Origin: Vicinamibacterales bacterium
GTDB lineage: Bacteria > Acidobacteriota > Vicinamibacteria > Vicinamibacterales > CAVVIG01
Assembly (NCBI GenBank): GCA_035537875.1
Contig: DATLLJ010000043.1
Location: 28,161-92,160, forward strand
DNA length: 64,000 nucleotides
Reading direction: 5' to 3'
The notes beneath the pieces are model-generated. The model was not told where the DNA came from. It did no database searches and saw nothing but the letters and a program-made list of their open reading frames with translations. Positions 44,619 to 53,586 of the stretch are shown here, one piece after another. Position numbers and translations under genes: made by a program. Within the stretch, counting starts at the first letter, position 1. Each line of letters starts with the position of its first letter.

Positions 44619-45044
44619 ATGGCCTATTCGGAAAAAGTAATCGAGCACTACGAGCGCCCGCGCAACGTCGGATCGCTGCCGAAGGAAGACCCCAACGTAG
44701 GCACGGGACTGGTCGGCGCGCCCGAGTGCGGCGACGTCATGAAGCTGCAGGTCAAGGTGAATCCCGACACCGGGGTCATCGACGATGCGAAATTCAAGAC
44801 GTTCGGCTGCGGCTCGGCGATCGCCAGTTCGAGCCTGGCGACGGAGTGGTTGAAGGGCAAGACGGTCGATGAGGCGCTCGCCATCAAGAACACCGATATC
44901 GTCGCCGAGCTCAGCCTGCCGCCCGTCAAGATTCACTGCTCCGTGCTTGCGGAGGACGCCATCAAGGCGGCGATCTCCGACTACAAGAAGAAGCAGCAGG
45001 GGACGGCCGCGACGGCGACCAAGTCGGAACAGCCGACGGCGTAG
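44619..45044 (+). CDS. iscU: Fe-S cluster assembly scaffold
   Basis: GAPECGDVMKL, FKTFGCGSAIASS, LPPVKIHCS. Start trimmed to MAYSEK, because the longer ORF start lies inside repeat A. Confidence 0.9.
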   Translation: MAYSEKVIEHYERPRNVGSLPKEDPNVGTGLVGAPECGDVMKLQVKVNPDTGVIDDAKFKTFGCGSAIASSSLATEWLKGKTVDEALAIKNTDIVAELSLPPVKIHCSVLAEDAIKAAISDYKKKQQGTAATATKSEQPTA

Positions 45045-45056
45045 ACCAGGGCGATC

Positions 45057-45160
45057 ATCGGGTAATTGGGTAATCTGGTAATCGGGTAATTGATTGGGCC
45101 ATTGAGCTTGGGCCATTGAGCAATCGATTACCCAATTACCCAATTACCCGATTACCAAAT
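45057..45160. repeat. octamer-periodic hairpin element B (GGTAAT subtype), iscU-iscA spacer
   Basis: Left arm CGGGTAAT-TGGGTAAT-CTGGTAAT-CGGGTAAT-TGATTGG. The loop holds a direct duplication, TTGGGCCATTGAGC x2. Right arm CAATCG-ATTACCCA-ATTACCCA-ATTACCCG-ATTACCAA. Confidence 0.85.
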
Positions 45161-45171
45161 GTAGAGAACGC

Positions 45172-45498
45172 ATGATTGAGATCACTGACAACGCGGCGAA
45201 GAAGATTCGCACGCTGATGGCCAAACAGGGCCTCACCGAGGGTGGCCTGCGCGTGGGTGTCAAGGGCGGCGGGTGCTCGGGTCTGAGTTACACCTTTGCG
45301 TGGGAAAAGCAGGCGCGGGCGGGTGACGAGGTGTTCGAGGGACCGGAAGGCGCGAAGATTTTCGTCGACAAGAAGAGCCTGTTGTATCTCAACGGAACGA
45401 TCCTCGAGTACGACGCAAGTCTGCTTGGAAAGGGATTCGTCTTCAACAACCCGAACGCGAAAACCACCTGCGGATGCGGCAGCTCTTTCGGGGCCTAA
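45172..45498 (+). CDS. iscA: Fe-S cluster insertion protein (IscA/ErpA, HesB family)
   Basis: GVKGGGCSGLSY and the C-terminal CGCGSSF motif. Confidence 0.85.
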   Translation: MIEITDNAAKKIRTLMAKQGLTEGGLRVGVKGGGCSGLSYTFAWEKQARAGDEVFEGPEGAKIFVDKKSLLYLNGTILEYDASLLGKGFVFNNPNAKTTCGCGSSFGA

Positions 45499-45507
45499 AA
45501 GGGTTTC

Positions 45508-45593
45508 GGGCTTAAGACTCAGGGCTCAGGGCACTTGAGCCAGCCCAAGCCTAAGCCCCTAAGCCTTGAGCCTTGAGCCCTAAGCCCTAAGCC
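45508..45593. repeat. heptamer/octamer-periodic hairpin-like element C, iscA-hscB spacer
   Basis: Left: GGGCTTAAG-ACTCAGGG-CTCAGGG-CACTTGAGC. Right: tandem CCTAAGC/CCTTGAG units (about 6 copies) that pair with the left arm, partly through G-U-type wobble. Confidence 0.7.
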
Positions 45594-45599
45594 TTATTT

Positions 45600-46304
45600 A
45601 TGTCCTCCGAAACGACCGGTCGCGTGCTTCAGGCTTGCAAGAATTGCGGTGGCGGCGCGCCGATGGACGTGCACTTCTGTCCACAGTGCAGTCAGATTCT
45701 GACGATCGGCCGTCACGGCGATTATTTCGCGTTTCTCGGCATCCCTCGCAGGCTGAACCTCGACGTGACGGATCTCGAGCGACGCTTCCGTGCGCTCAGC
45801 CGCCAGTTTCACCCGGACTATTTCTTCAACGCGAGTCCGGCCGAACGCCGGGCCAGCCTCGAAAGATCGTCCTATCTCAACGATGCGTACCGGACGTTGC
45901 GCAATCCCGTCGCCCGTGTCGAGTACCTGCTCGGGCTCGAAGGATTTCCTCCGAGGCAGCCCGAGAGCGGAGACGGCACGCCGAAAGTTCCGGCCGAGAT
46001 GCTGGAGGAAGTGTTTGCGCTGAACGAGGAACTCGACGAAGTCCGTGCCTTGCGTGCCGGCGGTGCGGCGCCCGAGGTCTGGCGGGCGAGGCTCGAGCGC
46101 GCCCGGGCGCCGATTGATGCCCGGCGGGCGGCGCATGAAGCGGAGCTGGAGGACTTGTCTGCCCGGTGGGACGGGCTCGGCGACGATGCTGGCGCGGACG
46201 GTCGCGGGAGGGAGGCGATTCTCGGGGCGCTCCGCGAGCGTGTCCTCGAGCGGAATTACATCAACAACCTGCTCGAAGGGGTTGAACGGGAACTGAACGC
46301 GTAG
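45600..46304 (+). CDS. hscB: Fe-S co-chaperone HscB with N-terminal Cys4 zinc-ribbon-like motif
   Basis: CKNCGG...CPQC, then a J-domain DYFAFLGIPRR...LSRQFHPD. Confidence 0.8.
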   Translation: MSSETTGRVLQACKNCGGGAPMDVHFCPQCSQILTIGRHGDYFAFLGIPRRLNLDVTDLERRFRALSRQFHPDYFFNASPAERRASLERSSYLNDAYRTLRNPVARVEYLLGLEGFPPRQPESGDGTPKVPAEMLEEVFALNEELDEVRALRAGGAAPEVWRARLERARAPIDARRAAHEAELEDLSARWDGLGDDAGADGRGREAILGALRERVLERNYINNLLEGVERELNA

Positions 46305-46306
46305 GG

Positions 46307-46349
46307 CGGGCAGAGGCTAGAGGGCAGAGGTTAGAGGCCAGAGCGCAGG
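46307..46349 (+). repeat. tandem heptamer array D (NNAGAGG x ~6), hscB-hscA spacer
   Basis: GCAGAGG-CTAGAGG-GCAGAGG-TTAGAGG-CCAGAGC-GCAGGA, ending 5 nt before the hscA ATG (46354). No inverted partner seen. Confidence 0.7.
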
Positions 46350-46353
46350 ACTC

Positions 46354-48183
46354 ATGGGCAAAGTAGTTGGAATCGATCTCGGCACCACAAACAGCCTCGT
46401 CGCCTATGTGGCCGACGGTGTCCCCGTCGTGATCCGCGATCGCACCGGCGACGCCCTGGTGCCGTCCGTGGTGTCCGTCGCGGACGACAGCACCGTCTTC
46501 GTCGGCCGTGAAGCCGAACGTCGGCTGCTGACCGATCCGGCCCGCACGATCTATTCGGTGAAGCGTTTCATGGGCAAGGGGATGCGCGACGTCGGTGACG
46601 AGGCGCGACTGTTCCCCTTCAGCCTCGTCGGCGATCCAGGCGGTATCGTCCGCATCGGCCTGGGGACCCGCGACTTTACCGCTCCGGAGATTTCCGCGTT
46701 CATTCTGCGCGAGCTGAAACATCGCGCCGAGGCGCATTTCGCCGCTCAAGGGGAAATCGATTCCGAGGTGGACCGCGCGGTGATCACCGTGCCGGCGTAT
46801 TTCAACGATGCGCAGCGGACCGCGACCCGCGACGCGGGGCGCATCGCCGGGCTCGACGTCCTTCGCATCATCAACGAGCCGACGGCCGCGTCGCTCGCCT
46901 ATGGGCTGGACAAGCGGCACGCGGGCCTCATCGCCGTCTACGATTTCGGGGGCGGGACGTTCGACATTTCCATCTTGCGCGTTGAAGACGGCGTCTTCCA
47001 GGTGTTGGCGACCAACGGCGACACTCACCTTGGCGGTGACGATATCGACCTGTTGTTGATGAAGCAGATCCTGGCTGAGACGAAGAACGCGGGAGCCTCC
47101 GGCGCCGAGATCCAGGCCATCCGTCAGGCGGTCATTCAGGCCAAACTCGATCTGTCTGACCGCGACGAGACCGAAGTCATCGTCGGCACGCACCGGAAGC
47201 GGATCGCTCGAGCGGAGTTCGAGTCGGTCATTCGTCCCATCGTCGAGCGCACGCTCGAGCCCTGTCGTCAGGCGCTCGTCGATGCCGGCCTGCAGCCATC
47301 GCAAATCGACGAGGTGGTGTTGGTGGGCGGCTCCACGCGCATTCCGCTGGTGCGTCGTCTGGTTGGCGAGCTGTTCGGCAGAACGCCTCATACCGAGCTG
47401 AACCCGGATGAGGTGGTGGCGCTCGGTGCCGCCATTCAAGCCGACATCCTCATGACCGGCAACCGTGAGCTGCTGCTGCTGGACGTCACGCCTCTGTCGC
47501 TCGGCATCGAGACAATGGGTGGGGTGATGTCGAAGATCATCCTGCGGAACTCGACGATTCCGGCGACCGGCAGCGAGATGTTCACCACCTTCGTCGACAA
47601 CCAGACGGCCGTGGACATTCACGTGCTGCAGGGCGAACGTGAGCTGGTTGCCGACAACCGTTCGCTCGCCCGGTTCAAGCTGCGCGGCATTCCGGCGATG
47701 CCTGCGGGGATGCCCCGGGTCCAGGTGCAGTTCCAGATCGACGCCAACGGCATCCTCAGCGTGACGGCCCGCGAGCTGCGGACCGATGTGGAACAGACCA
47801 TCGAGGTCAAGCCGTCGTACGGGTTGACCGACGACGAAGTCGAGCGGATGCTGCTCGATTCGTTCGAGCATGCCGAGGCCGACTTCGCGGCGCGGTTGCT
47901 GATCGAGGCACGGAATGAGGCCGAGACGGTCATTCGCGCAACCGCGAAGTCACTCAGGTCGCGGGAGTTCGCCGAGATTGCTGAGAGCGAGTTGAAGCCC
48001 GGCGAACTGGAGCGGATCGAAGGCGCCCTCGCCAATGTGACGGCCGTGCTGAACGGACCGGACCGCGAGCTGATTAAAGCGAGGACGCACGATCTCAACG
48101 AGGCCACCCAGCACCTGGCCGAAGTGATGATGAACCGATCGGTGCAGGCGGCGTTGACGGGGAAGAGCATCGACCGGTTGTAG
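46354..48183 (+). CDS. hscA: Fe-S chaperone HscA (Hsp70 family)
   Basis: [32 protein letters not shown]. Confidence 0.9.
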   Translation: MGKVVGIDLGTTNSLVAYVADGVPVVIRDRTGDALVPSVVSVADDSTVFVGREAERRLLTDPARTIYSVKRFMGKGMRDVGDEARLFPFSLVGDPGGIVRIGLGTRDFTAPEISAFILRELKHRAEAHFAAQGEIDSEVDRAVITVPAYFNDAQRTATRDAGRIAGLDVLRIINEPTAASLAYGLDKRHAGLIAVYDFGGGTFDISILRVEDGVFQVLATNGDTHLGGDDIDLLLMKQILAETKNAGASGAEIQAIRQAVIQAKLDLSDRDETEVIVGTHRKRIARAEFESVIRPIVERTLEPCRQALVDAGLQPSQIDEVVLVGGSTRIPLVRRLVGELFGRTPHTELNPDEVVALGAAIQADILMTGNRELLLLDVTPLSLGIETMGGVMSKIILRNSTIPATGSEMFTTFVDNQTAVDIHVLQGERELVADNRSLARFKLRGIPAMPAGMPRVQVQFQIDANGILSVTARELRTDVEQTIEVKPSYGLTDDEVERMLLDSFEHAEADFAARLLIEARNEAETVIRATAKSLRSREFAEIAESELKPGELERIEGALANVTAVLNGPDRELIKARTHDLNEATQHLAEVMMNRSVQAALTGKSIDRL

Positions 48184-48190
48184 GCACCCT

Positions 48191-48571
48191 ATGCCGAGAG
48201 TCACCTTCATCATCGACGGCGACGAGCAGACCGTCGAGTTCGAGCACGGCAAGCTGCCGTACTCGCACCATGGAAAACCAGAGTCCTTTCTTGACGTCGC
48301 CAAGAATTTCGACGTGCCGCTCGAGCATGCCTGTGGCGGGAGTTGCGCCTGCACGACCTGTCACGTGATTATTCGCGACGGCGAACAGCACCTGAGCGAG
48401 ATGCAAGACGATGAGGCCGATCGTCTGGACACGGCGTGGGGCCTGACGGCCCGCTCCCGCCTGGGCTGCCAGGCGGTGATCAGCGGCGACGTCGTGTGCG
48501 AATTGCCTATGTATACCCGCAACTACGTGCAGGAGGGCGGCGGCATCCAGCTGGGGAAGTCAGGAGGATAG
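48191..48571 (+). CDS. fdx: [2Fe-2S] ferredoxin (ISC type)
   Basis: EHACGGSCACTTCHVII...SRLGCQ. Confidence 0.85.
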   Translation: MPRVTFIIDGDEQTVEFEHGKLPYSHHGKPESFLDVAKNFDVPLEHACGGSCACTTCHVIIRDGEQHLSEMQDDEADRLDTAWGLTARSRLGCQAVISGDVVCELPMYTRNYVQEGGGIQLGKSGG

Positions 48572-48574
48572 GCT

Positions 48575-48781
48575 GTGAAGTGGACCGACTCCGAGGACAT
48601 TGCCGTGGCGCTCGTCGAAAAGTATCCCAGCCTCGATCCGTTGACCGTGCGCTTCACCGACCTGCGGGCGCACGTGCTGGCCCTCGATGGGTTCGACGAC
48701 GATCCGAAGACGTCGAACGAGCCGAAGCTCGAGGCGATCCAGATGGCCTGGTACGAGGAATACAAGGACGCCCGGGGATAG
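48575..48781 (+). CDS. iscX: Fe-S assembly protein IscX (YfhJ-like)
   Basis: 68 aa, MKWTDSEDIAVALVEKYP...DPLTVRFTDL...EAIQMAWYEE. GTG start directly after fdx. Confidence 0.75.
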   Translation: MKWTDSEDIAVALVEKYPSLDPLTVRFTDLRAHVLALDGFDDDPKTSNEPKLEAIQMAWYEEYKDARG

Positions 48782-49276
48782 ATGGACGTTCGTGGTCTGT
48801 TGCGGCCGGGCATGCGGGTCTATCTCATCCCGCTCGCAGCGGGAGTGGCGCTCGCGATCAGCACGTTTCTGCCGTGGGTAGTCGTTGGCGGGGTGCCTTC
48901 AGGTGGCCTTCCGGATATTGCGGCGCTGTGGGTCCTCAGTCTGGGTGCCCTGTCGGTCCTGCTCGCCACGCTCAGCCTGATCACTCGCAAGAATTCACGC
49001 CATCCACTTCTCGTGGTGGGGCTGGCAGCCCTCGGCATCACATACCTCTCGTTTCGGATTATGCCCCGGCTGGCCGGCGAACACGCGCTGACCGTGTCCC
49101 AGGCGTTGGCAATCGTGGAGAACCGGCCGGTGGGATCTCCTCCGCCCGCCGTGGTTGGAGCCGGACTTTACCTGGGCCTCGTAGCCTCTGCCGTGATCGT
49201 CGCGTTCGGCCTCACTATAGTGATCAAGCGGGCATCGACCCCGTACGTCGTCGTTGATCCGGACGACGATGTATGA
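48782..49276 (+). CDS. hypothetical integral membrane protein
   Basis: 164 aa with about 4 hydrophobic helices. No family recognised. Confidence 0.5.
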   Translation: MDVRGLLRPGMRVYLIPLAAGVALAISTFLPWVVVGGVPSGGLPDIAALWVLSLGALSVLLATLSLITRKNSRHPLLVVGLAALGITYLSFRIMPRLAGEHALTVSQALAIVENRPVGSPPPAVVGAGLYLGLVASAVIVAFGLTIVIKRASTPYVVVDPDDDV

Positions 49277-49297
49277 CGTCTAATAGAGCTGACGACG

Positions 49298-50539
49298 GTG
49301 AGTGACCTCAAAGACGATCTGGCTGCCCTGCGCATTCAGCGCGAGCCCGAACGGCCAGGCCTGGGCCGCTGGCTCGGCTGGATCGCGCTCGCCGTGCTGC
49401 TGGTTGGCGGTGGCGCCGCCGCCTGGGCCTGGACGACACGCGAGCGCACGATCGAGGTGGAGGCCGTGTCGGTGACCGAGCGCCCCGTCGGCGCGCAGGC
49501 TTCTGTACTGAACGCGTCGGGTTACGTCACCGCCAGACGCCGTGCCACCGTGTCCTCGAAGATCACCGGGAAGGTGATTGAGGTGAACGTCGAGGAAGGG
49601 ATGGCCGTTCGAGAGGGTCAGGTGCTCGCGCGGCTCGACGACTCGACGCCCCGCGCCGCGTTGGCGCTGTCGATGGCTCAGGCCGAGTCGGCACGCAAGG
49701 CCGTGACGGAGAATGAAGTGCGCCTCGCTCAGGCCAGGCTGACGCTGGGACGGATGATGGCGCTCCAGAAACAGGGCATTGCCACACAGGCGGATGTCGA
49801 TCAAGCGAAGGCGGAGGCAGACAGCATCGACGCGCGGATCCTTGCTCTGCGCGAGCAGGTCAACGTGGCCGAACGCCAGATTGCGCTGCAACAGACCGAC
49901 TTGGACAACACGATTATCCGGGCGCCGTTTGGCGGCATTGCGATCTCGAAGGATGCGCAGCCTGGAGAAATGGTCTCGCCGGTCTCCGCAGGTGGCGGTT
50001 TCACGCGAACGGGCATCTGCACGATCGTCGACATGAAGTCGCTCGAGATCGAAGTGGATGTCAACGAAAGCTACCTCAATCGGGTGCAACCGAAGCAGGC
50101 GGTGTCGGCGGTGCTCGACGCCTACCCCGACTGGCAGATTCCCGGCCATGTCATCACGTTGGTGCCGGCGGCCGATCGACAGAAGGCGACGGTGCTTGTC
50201 CGGATAGGGTTCGAGCAGCTCGATCCGCGCATCCTGCCCGACATGGGCGTGAAGGTCACATTTCTCCGCGACGATCGCCATGCCGGCGCTGCGGCGGATG
50301 TCGCGTCGGCGCGACCCATGACGCTCGTGCCGAAAGGCGCGATCCGGATGGACGACGTCAGCAGCTATCTGTTCGTCGTCGGTGGTCCGGAGGGCAACGT
50401 GGTCACGAGGAAGACCGTCAAGGTGGGGGACACCGATGGTGATCGCGTCGAGGTCCTCGGCGACGTTCGAACCGGCGATCGCGTGGTCGTGAGCCCGCCG
50501 CCAGAGCTCGCTGATGGCGCCAGGGTGGCGGTGCGATGA
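49298..50539 (+). CDS. efflux transporter periplasmic adaptor (HlyD/MacA family)
   Basis: N-terminal TM anchor; lipoyl/coiled-coil pattern (VLNASGYV..ARR...SKITGKV, LARLDD, long coiled coil, IRAPFGG). Confidence 0.8.
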   Translation: MSDLKDDLAALRIQREPERPGLGRWLGWIALAVLLVGGGAAAWAWTTRERTIEVEAVSVTERPVGAQASVLNASGYVTARRRATVSSKITGKVIEVNVEEGMAVREGQVLARLDDSTPRAALALSMAQAESARKAVTENEVRLAQARLTLGRMMALQKQGIATQADVDQAKAEADSIDARILALREQVNVAERQIALQQTDLDNTIIRAPFGGIAISKDAQPGEMVSPVSAGGGFTRTGICTIVDMKSLEIEVDVNESYLNRVQPKQAVSAVLDAYPDWQIPGHVITLVPAADRQKATVLVRIGFEQLDPRILPDMGVKVTFLRDDRHAGAAADVASARPMTLVPKGAIRMDDVSSYLFVVGGPEGNVVTRKTVKVGDTDGDRVEVLGDVRTGDRVVVSPPPELADGARVAVR

Positions 50540-51231
50540 GCGTGCTCGTCAACATCAAGGACGTGCAGAAGCATTTCACCAGGGGCAGCGAGCGTATCGA
50601 GGTGCTGAAGGGGGTGAACCTGCAGATCCCTCAAGGCGATTTTCTCGCCCTGATGGGCCCATCCGGTTCCGGCAAGACGACGCTGCTCAACCTGATGGGT
50701 GGATTGGACACGCCGACGGGCGGGTCGGTCGAAGTCGGCGGTGTGCGCATCGATCAGCTGAGCGGAAGCAGCCTGTCCCGATGGCGTTCGCAGAACATCG
50801 GCTTCGTCTTCCAGCTCTACAACCTGCTTCCCGTGCTCACAGCCGAGCGCAACGTGGAGCTGCCGCTGCTGTTGACGAAGCTGTCCAAGAGCGAGCGACG
50901 CAAGCGCGCCGGCATCGCGCTCAAGGTGGTCGGTCTGGCGGACCGCGCGGATCATTACCCGCGCCAGTTGTCAGGTGGTCAGGAACAGCGGGTCGGCATC
51001 GCCCGCGCGATCGTGATTGATCCCACGCTCCTGCTCTGCGACGAGCCGACAGGCGATCTGGATCGGAAGGCTGGCGACGAAATTCTGGAGCTGCTTCAGA
51101 CGCTCAATCAAGAGCACGGGAAGACCATCGTCATGGTCACCCACGATCCGCACGCTGCCGAGCGCGCGCGCCGCACGCTGCACCTGGACAAAGGCGTCTT
51201 GACAGAGGCGACAGAGGCGCAGATGGCATGA
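50536..51231 (+). CDS. ABC transporter ATP-binding protein (MacB/LolD-type)
   Basis: GPSGSGKTT, LSGGQEQRV, LLLCDEPTGDLD. Confidence 0.9.
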   Translation: MSVLVNIKDVQKHFTRGSERIEVLKGVNLQIPQGDFLALMGPSGSGKTTLLNLMGGLDTPTGGSVEVGGVRIDQLSGSSLSRWRSQNIGFVFQLYNLLPVLTAERNVELPLLLTKLSKSERRKRAGIALKVVGLADRADHYPRQLSGGQEQRVGIARAIVIDPTLLLCDEPTGDLDRKAGDEILELLQTLNQEHGKTIVMVTHDPHAAERARRTLHLDKGVLTEATEAQMA

Positions 51232-52379
51232 AGTTCCTGTCGCTCGTGTGGAAGAACATGTGGCGCCGGAAGCTCAGGACCGTCTTCACGCTCCTGTCGA
51301 TTTTCGTCGCGTTCGTGCTGTTCGGCTTCCTGATGACCATTCGCACGGCGTTCACGTTCGGCGTGGACATCGCCGGGCTGGACCGCCTCGTGCTGATCCA
51401 CAAGATCAGTCTGATCATGCCGCTGCCGATTGCGTACGAAACGCGGCTCGAGAGCGTGCCGGGCGTGGAACTGGTCTCGCACCAGACCTGGTTTGGCGGT
51501 GTCTATCAGGATCCGTCGAACTTCTTCGCGCAGATGGCGGTGGATCCTGAGTCGTTTCTCAAGATCTATCCGGAGTTCAAGCTCCCTCCGGATCGGGTCA
51601 AAGCATGGCTCGGCGACCGGCAGGGAGCCGTGGTCGGCAAGGATCTGGCGGAGCGATTCGGCTGGAAGATCGGCGACCGCATTCCCATCCGTGCCACGAT
51701 CTGGCAGCCGAAAACGGGCGGACAGACCTGGGAGTTCAACATCGACGGCATTTACGACGGCGATGATGGCGTGGACAAGACGCAGTTCTTCTTTCGTTAC
51801 GACTACCTCGACGAGAACCGGTCTGGTGGCAACGGGCTCGTCGGTTGGTACGTGGTGAAGATTCAGGATCCGTCACGGGCCGTCGCGCTCGCGCACACCT
51901 TCGACGAGATGTTCGCCAACTCCTCGGCCGAAACGAAGACGACCACCGAAAAAGGCTTCGTGGAAGGGTTTGCCAAACAGATCGGCGACATCGGCGCCAT
52001 CATGATCGCGATCGTCACGGCGGTGCTGTTCAACATCCTGCTGATTGCAGCCAGCACGATGGCGCAGTCAGTGCGCGAACGGACCAGCGAGCTTGCGGTC
52101 CTCAAGACGCTCGGCTTCACCGACCGTCTGATTCTCATGCTCGTGCTCGCAGAATCGCTGTTCATTGCGCTGGTGGGCGGCGCCCTGGGCCTTGGCGTCG
52201 CGTGGTTGTTCGTTCAGAACGGCGATCCCACCGGCGGCATGCTGCCGATCTTCGTTCTGCCGGCGCGCGACGTAGCGATCGGCATCGGATTGATGGTGCT
52301 GATGGGAGTGCTCGCAGGCCTGACGCCCGCTGTGGCCGCGATGCGGCTGCGGATCACTGACGCGCTGAGGAGAAGCTGA
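51228..52379 (+). CDS. ABC transporter permease (FtsX/MacB-type)
   Basis: N-terminal TM helix, large periplasmic domain and a C-terminal FtsX-like 3-TM bundle. 4-nt overlap with the ATPase gene. Confidence 0.8.
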   Translation: MKFLSLVWKNMWRRKLRTVFTLLSIFVAFVLFGFLMTIRTAFTFGVDIAGLDRLVLIHKISLIMPLPIAYETRLESVPGVELVSHQTWFGGVYQDPSNFFAQMAVDPESFLKIYPEFKLPPDRVKAWLGDRQGAVVGKDLAERFGWKIGDRIPIRATIWQPKTGGQTWEFNIDGIYDGDDGVDKTQFFFRYDYLDENRSGGNGLVGWYVVKIQDPSRAVALAHTFDEMFANSSAETKTTTEKGFVEGFAKQIGDIGAIMIAIVTAVLFNILLIAASTMAQSVRERTSELAVLKTLGFTDRLILMLVLAESLFIALVGGALGLGVAWLFVQNGDPTGGMLPIFVLPARDVAIGIGLMVLMGVLAGLTPAVAAMRLRITDALRRS

Positions 52380-52380
52380 C

Positions 52381-53571
52381 GTGCGCTGGTTGTCCCAGAC
52401 GCTGGCCGTGATGGCGCTCAACTTCCGGACCATCCCGCAGCGGCTGAGCTCGTCGGCGGTCGCCATCGTGGGGATCGCTGGTGTCGTCGTCGTCTTCCTG
52501 TCGGTGTTGTCGATCGCGGCGGGCTTTTCAGCCGCCATGACCCAATCGGGGTCTCCGCGCCGGGCGCTCGTCATGCGGAGCGGCGCTGATAGTGAGATGA
52601 CGAGCGGCCTGGGCGGGCCTGAAGTGGACATCATCAAGCAGGCGCCCGGCATGCAGCGAGACGGGCAGACCGCGCTCGCCTCTGCCGAGCTCTACGTGAT
52701 TATCGATTTGCCGAAGAAGTCGTCTCCGGAGGCCCCGGCCAACGTGCCGATGCGCGGCATCGAGCCGACCGGGATTCGCGTCCGCGAGGAGGTCTCGATC
52801 ACGCAAGGACGCATGCTCGAATTCGGCACGAACCAGGTGATCGTCGGACGCGGTGCGAACGCGCAGTTCGTCGGCCTGGACGTGGGCGACACGATCGTGT
52901 CAGGGGAAAACCGCTGGCAGGTCGTGGGCGTCTTCGAGGCGGATGGCGGCGTGGCCGAATCGGAGATCTGGGGAGACTCGCGAGCGCTGCAGGGCGCGTA
53001 CCGGCGCGGCAATTCCTACCAGTCCGTGCTCGTCAGTCTGGACTCGGCGGATTCGCTCTCGACATTCACCGATTGGTTGACCTCGAATCCCGCCGTGAAC
53101 GTCATGGTGCGGCGCGAGAACGAGTACTACGCGGGTCAATCGCAGGCCTTGACGACGCTGATTCGCACGATCGGCTTCGGCATAGCGGGGCTCATGGGCA
53201 TCGGGGCCGTCTTCGGGGCCATTCTGACGATGTACACCGCTGTAGCAACGCGGGCGCGTGAAATCGCGACGCTGCGCGCGCTCGGATTCAACACCCTGTC
53301 GGTTCTGGTATCGGTGCTCGCCGAATCGCTGGTGCTCGGCGCGATCGGCGGTCTCATCGGCGGGGTAGCGGCGTATCTCGCGTTCAATGGGTATCAGACA
53401 TCGACGATGAACTTCCAGACCTTCAGCCAGGTGGCGTTTGCCTTCGCGGTCACGCCCTCGCTGCTCGCGCAGGGGCTGACCTACGCGCTCGTCATGGGCT
53501 TGATCGGTGGCCTCTTACCCGCCATTCGAGCCGCACGCCTTCCGATCTCGTCAGCGCTCCGCGAGCTCTGA
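52381..53571 (+). CDS. ABC transporter permease (FtsX/MacB-type), second copy
   Basis: Same architecture as the preceding gene, with EIATLRALGF in the FtsX domain. Confidence 0.8.
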   Translation: MRWLSQTLAVMALNFRTIPQRLSSSAVAIVGIAGVVVVFLSVLSIAAGFSAAMTQSGSPRRALVMRSGADSEMTSGLGGPEVDIIKQAPGMQRDGQTALASAELYVIIDLPKKSSPEAPANVPMRGIEPTGIRVREEVSITQGRMLEFGTNQVIVGRGANAQFVGLDVGDTIVSGENRWQVVGVFEADGGVAESEIWGDSRALQGAYRRGNSYQSVLVSLDSADSLSTFTDWLTSNPAVNVMVRRENEYYAGQSQALTTLIRTIGFGIAGLMGIGAVFGAILTMYTAVATRAREIATLRALGFNTLSVLVSVLAESLVLGAIGGLIGGVAAYLAFNGYQTSTMNFQTFSQVAFAFAVTPSLLAQGLTYALVMGLIGGLLPAIRAARLPISSALREL

Positions 53572-53586
53572 GAACACCGAGCACCT

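Noticed and set aside
44325-45143. 272-aa minus-strand ORF and other ORF extensions whose termini translate the repeat elements (…NWVIDCSMAQAQWPNQLPDYQITQLPDD…; 60443 start …PINYPITRLPNYPI…; 44580 start MTGRPNDQIEGAE).
   Set aside because: These peptide segments are literal translations of the octamer arrays in intergenic spacers. Trimming to downstream starts restores canonical IscU and MqnE/C N-termini.
45057-45160. Whether the short tandem repeats (here and at 54.4, 56.0 and 60.4 kb) are CRISPR arrays.
   Set aside because: The units are only 7-8 nt with no unique spacers between them. The arrays are paired as inverted arms, and no cas genes are present.
46261-47871. 536-aa minus-strand ORF antisense to hscA. 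Similar cases: 10736..12073 versus argG-like, 22151..23458 versus nagA, 42845..43918 versus iscR/iscS, 60500..61687 versus mqnE/C-like, 61729..62898 versus nadA, and 13187..14113 versus the hypothetical gene.
   Set aside because: In each case the opposite strand encodes a protein with strong family motifs. The antisense products are low-complexity and are best explained by GC-driven lack of stops.
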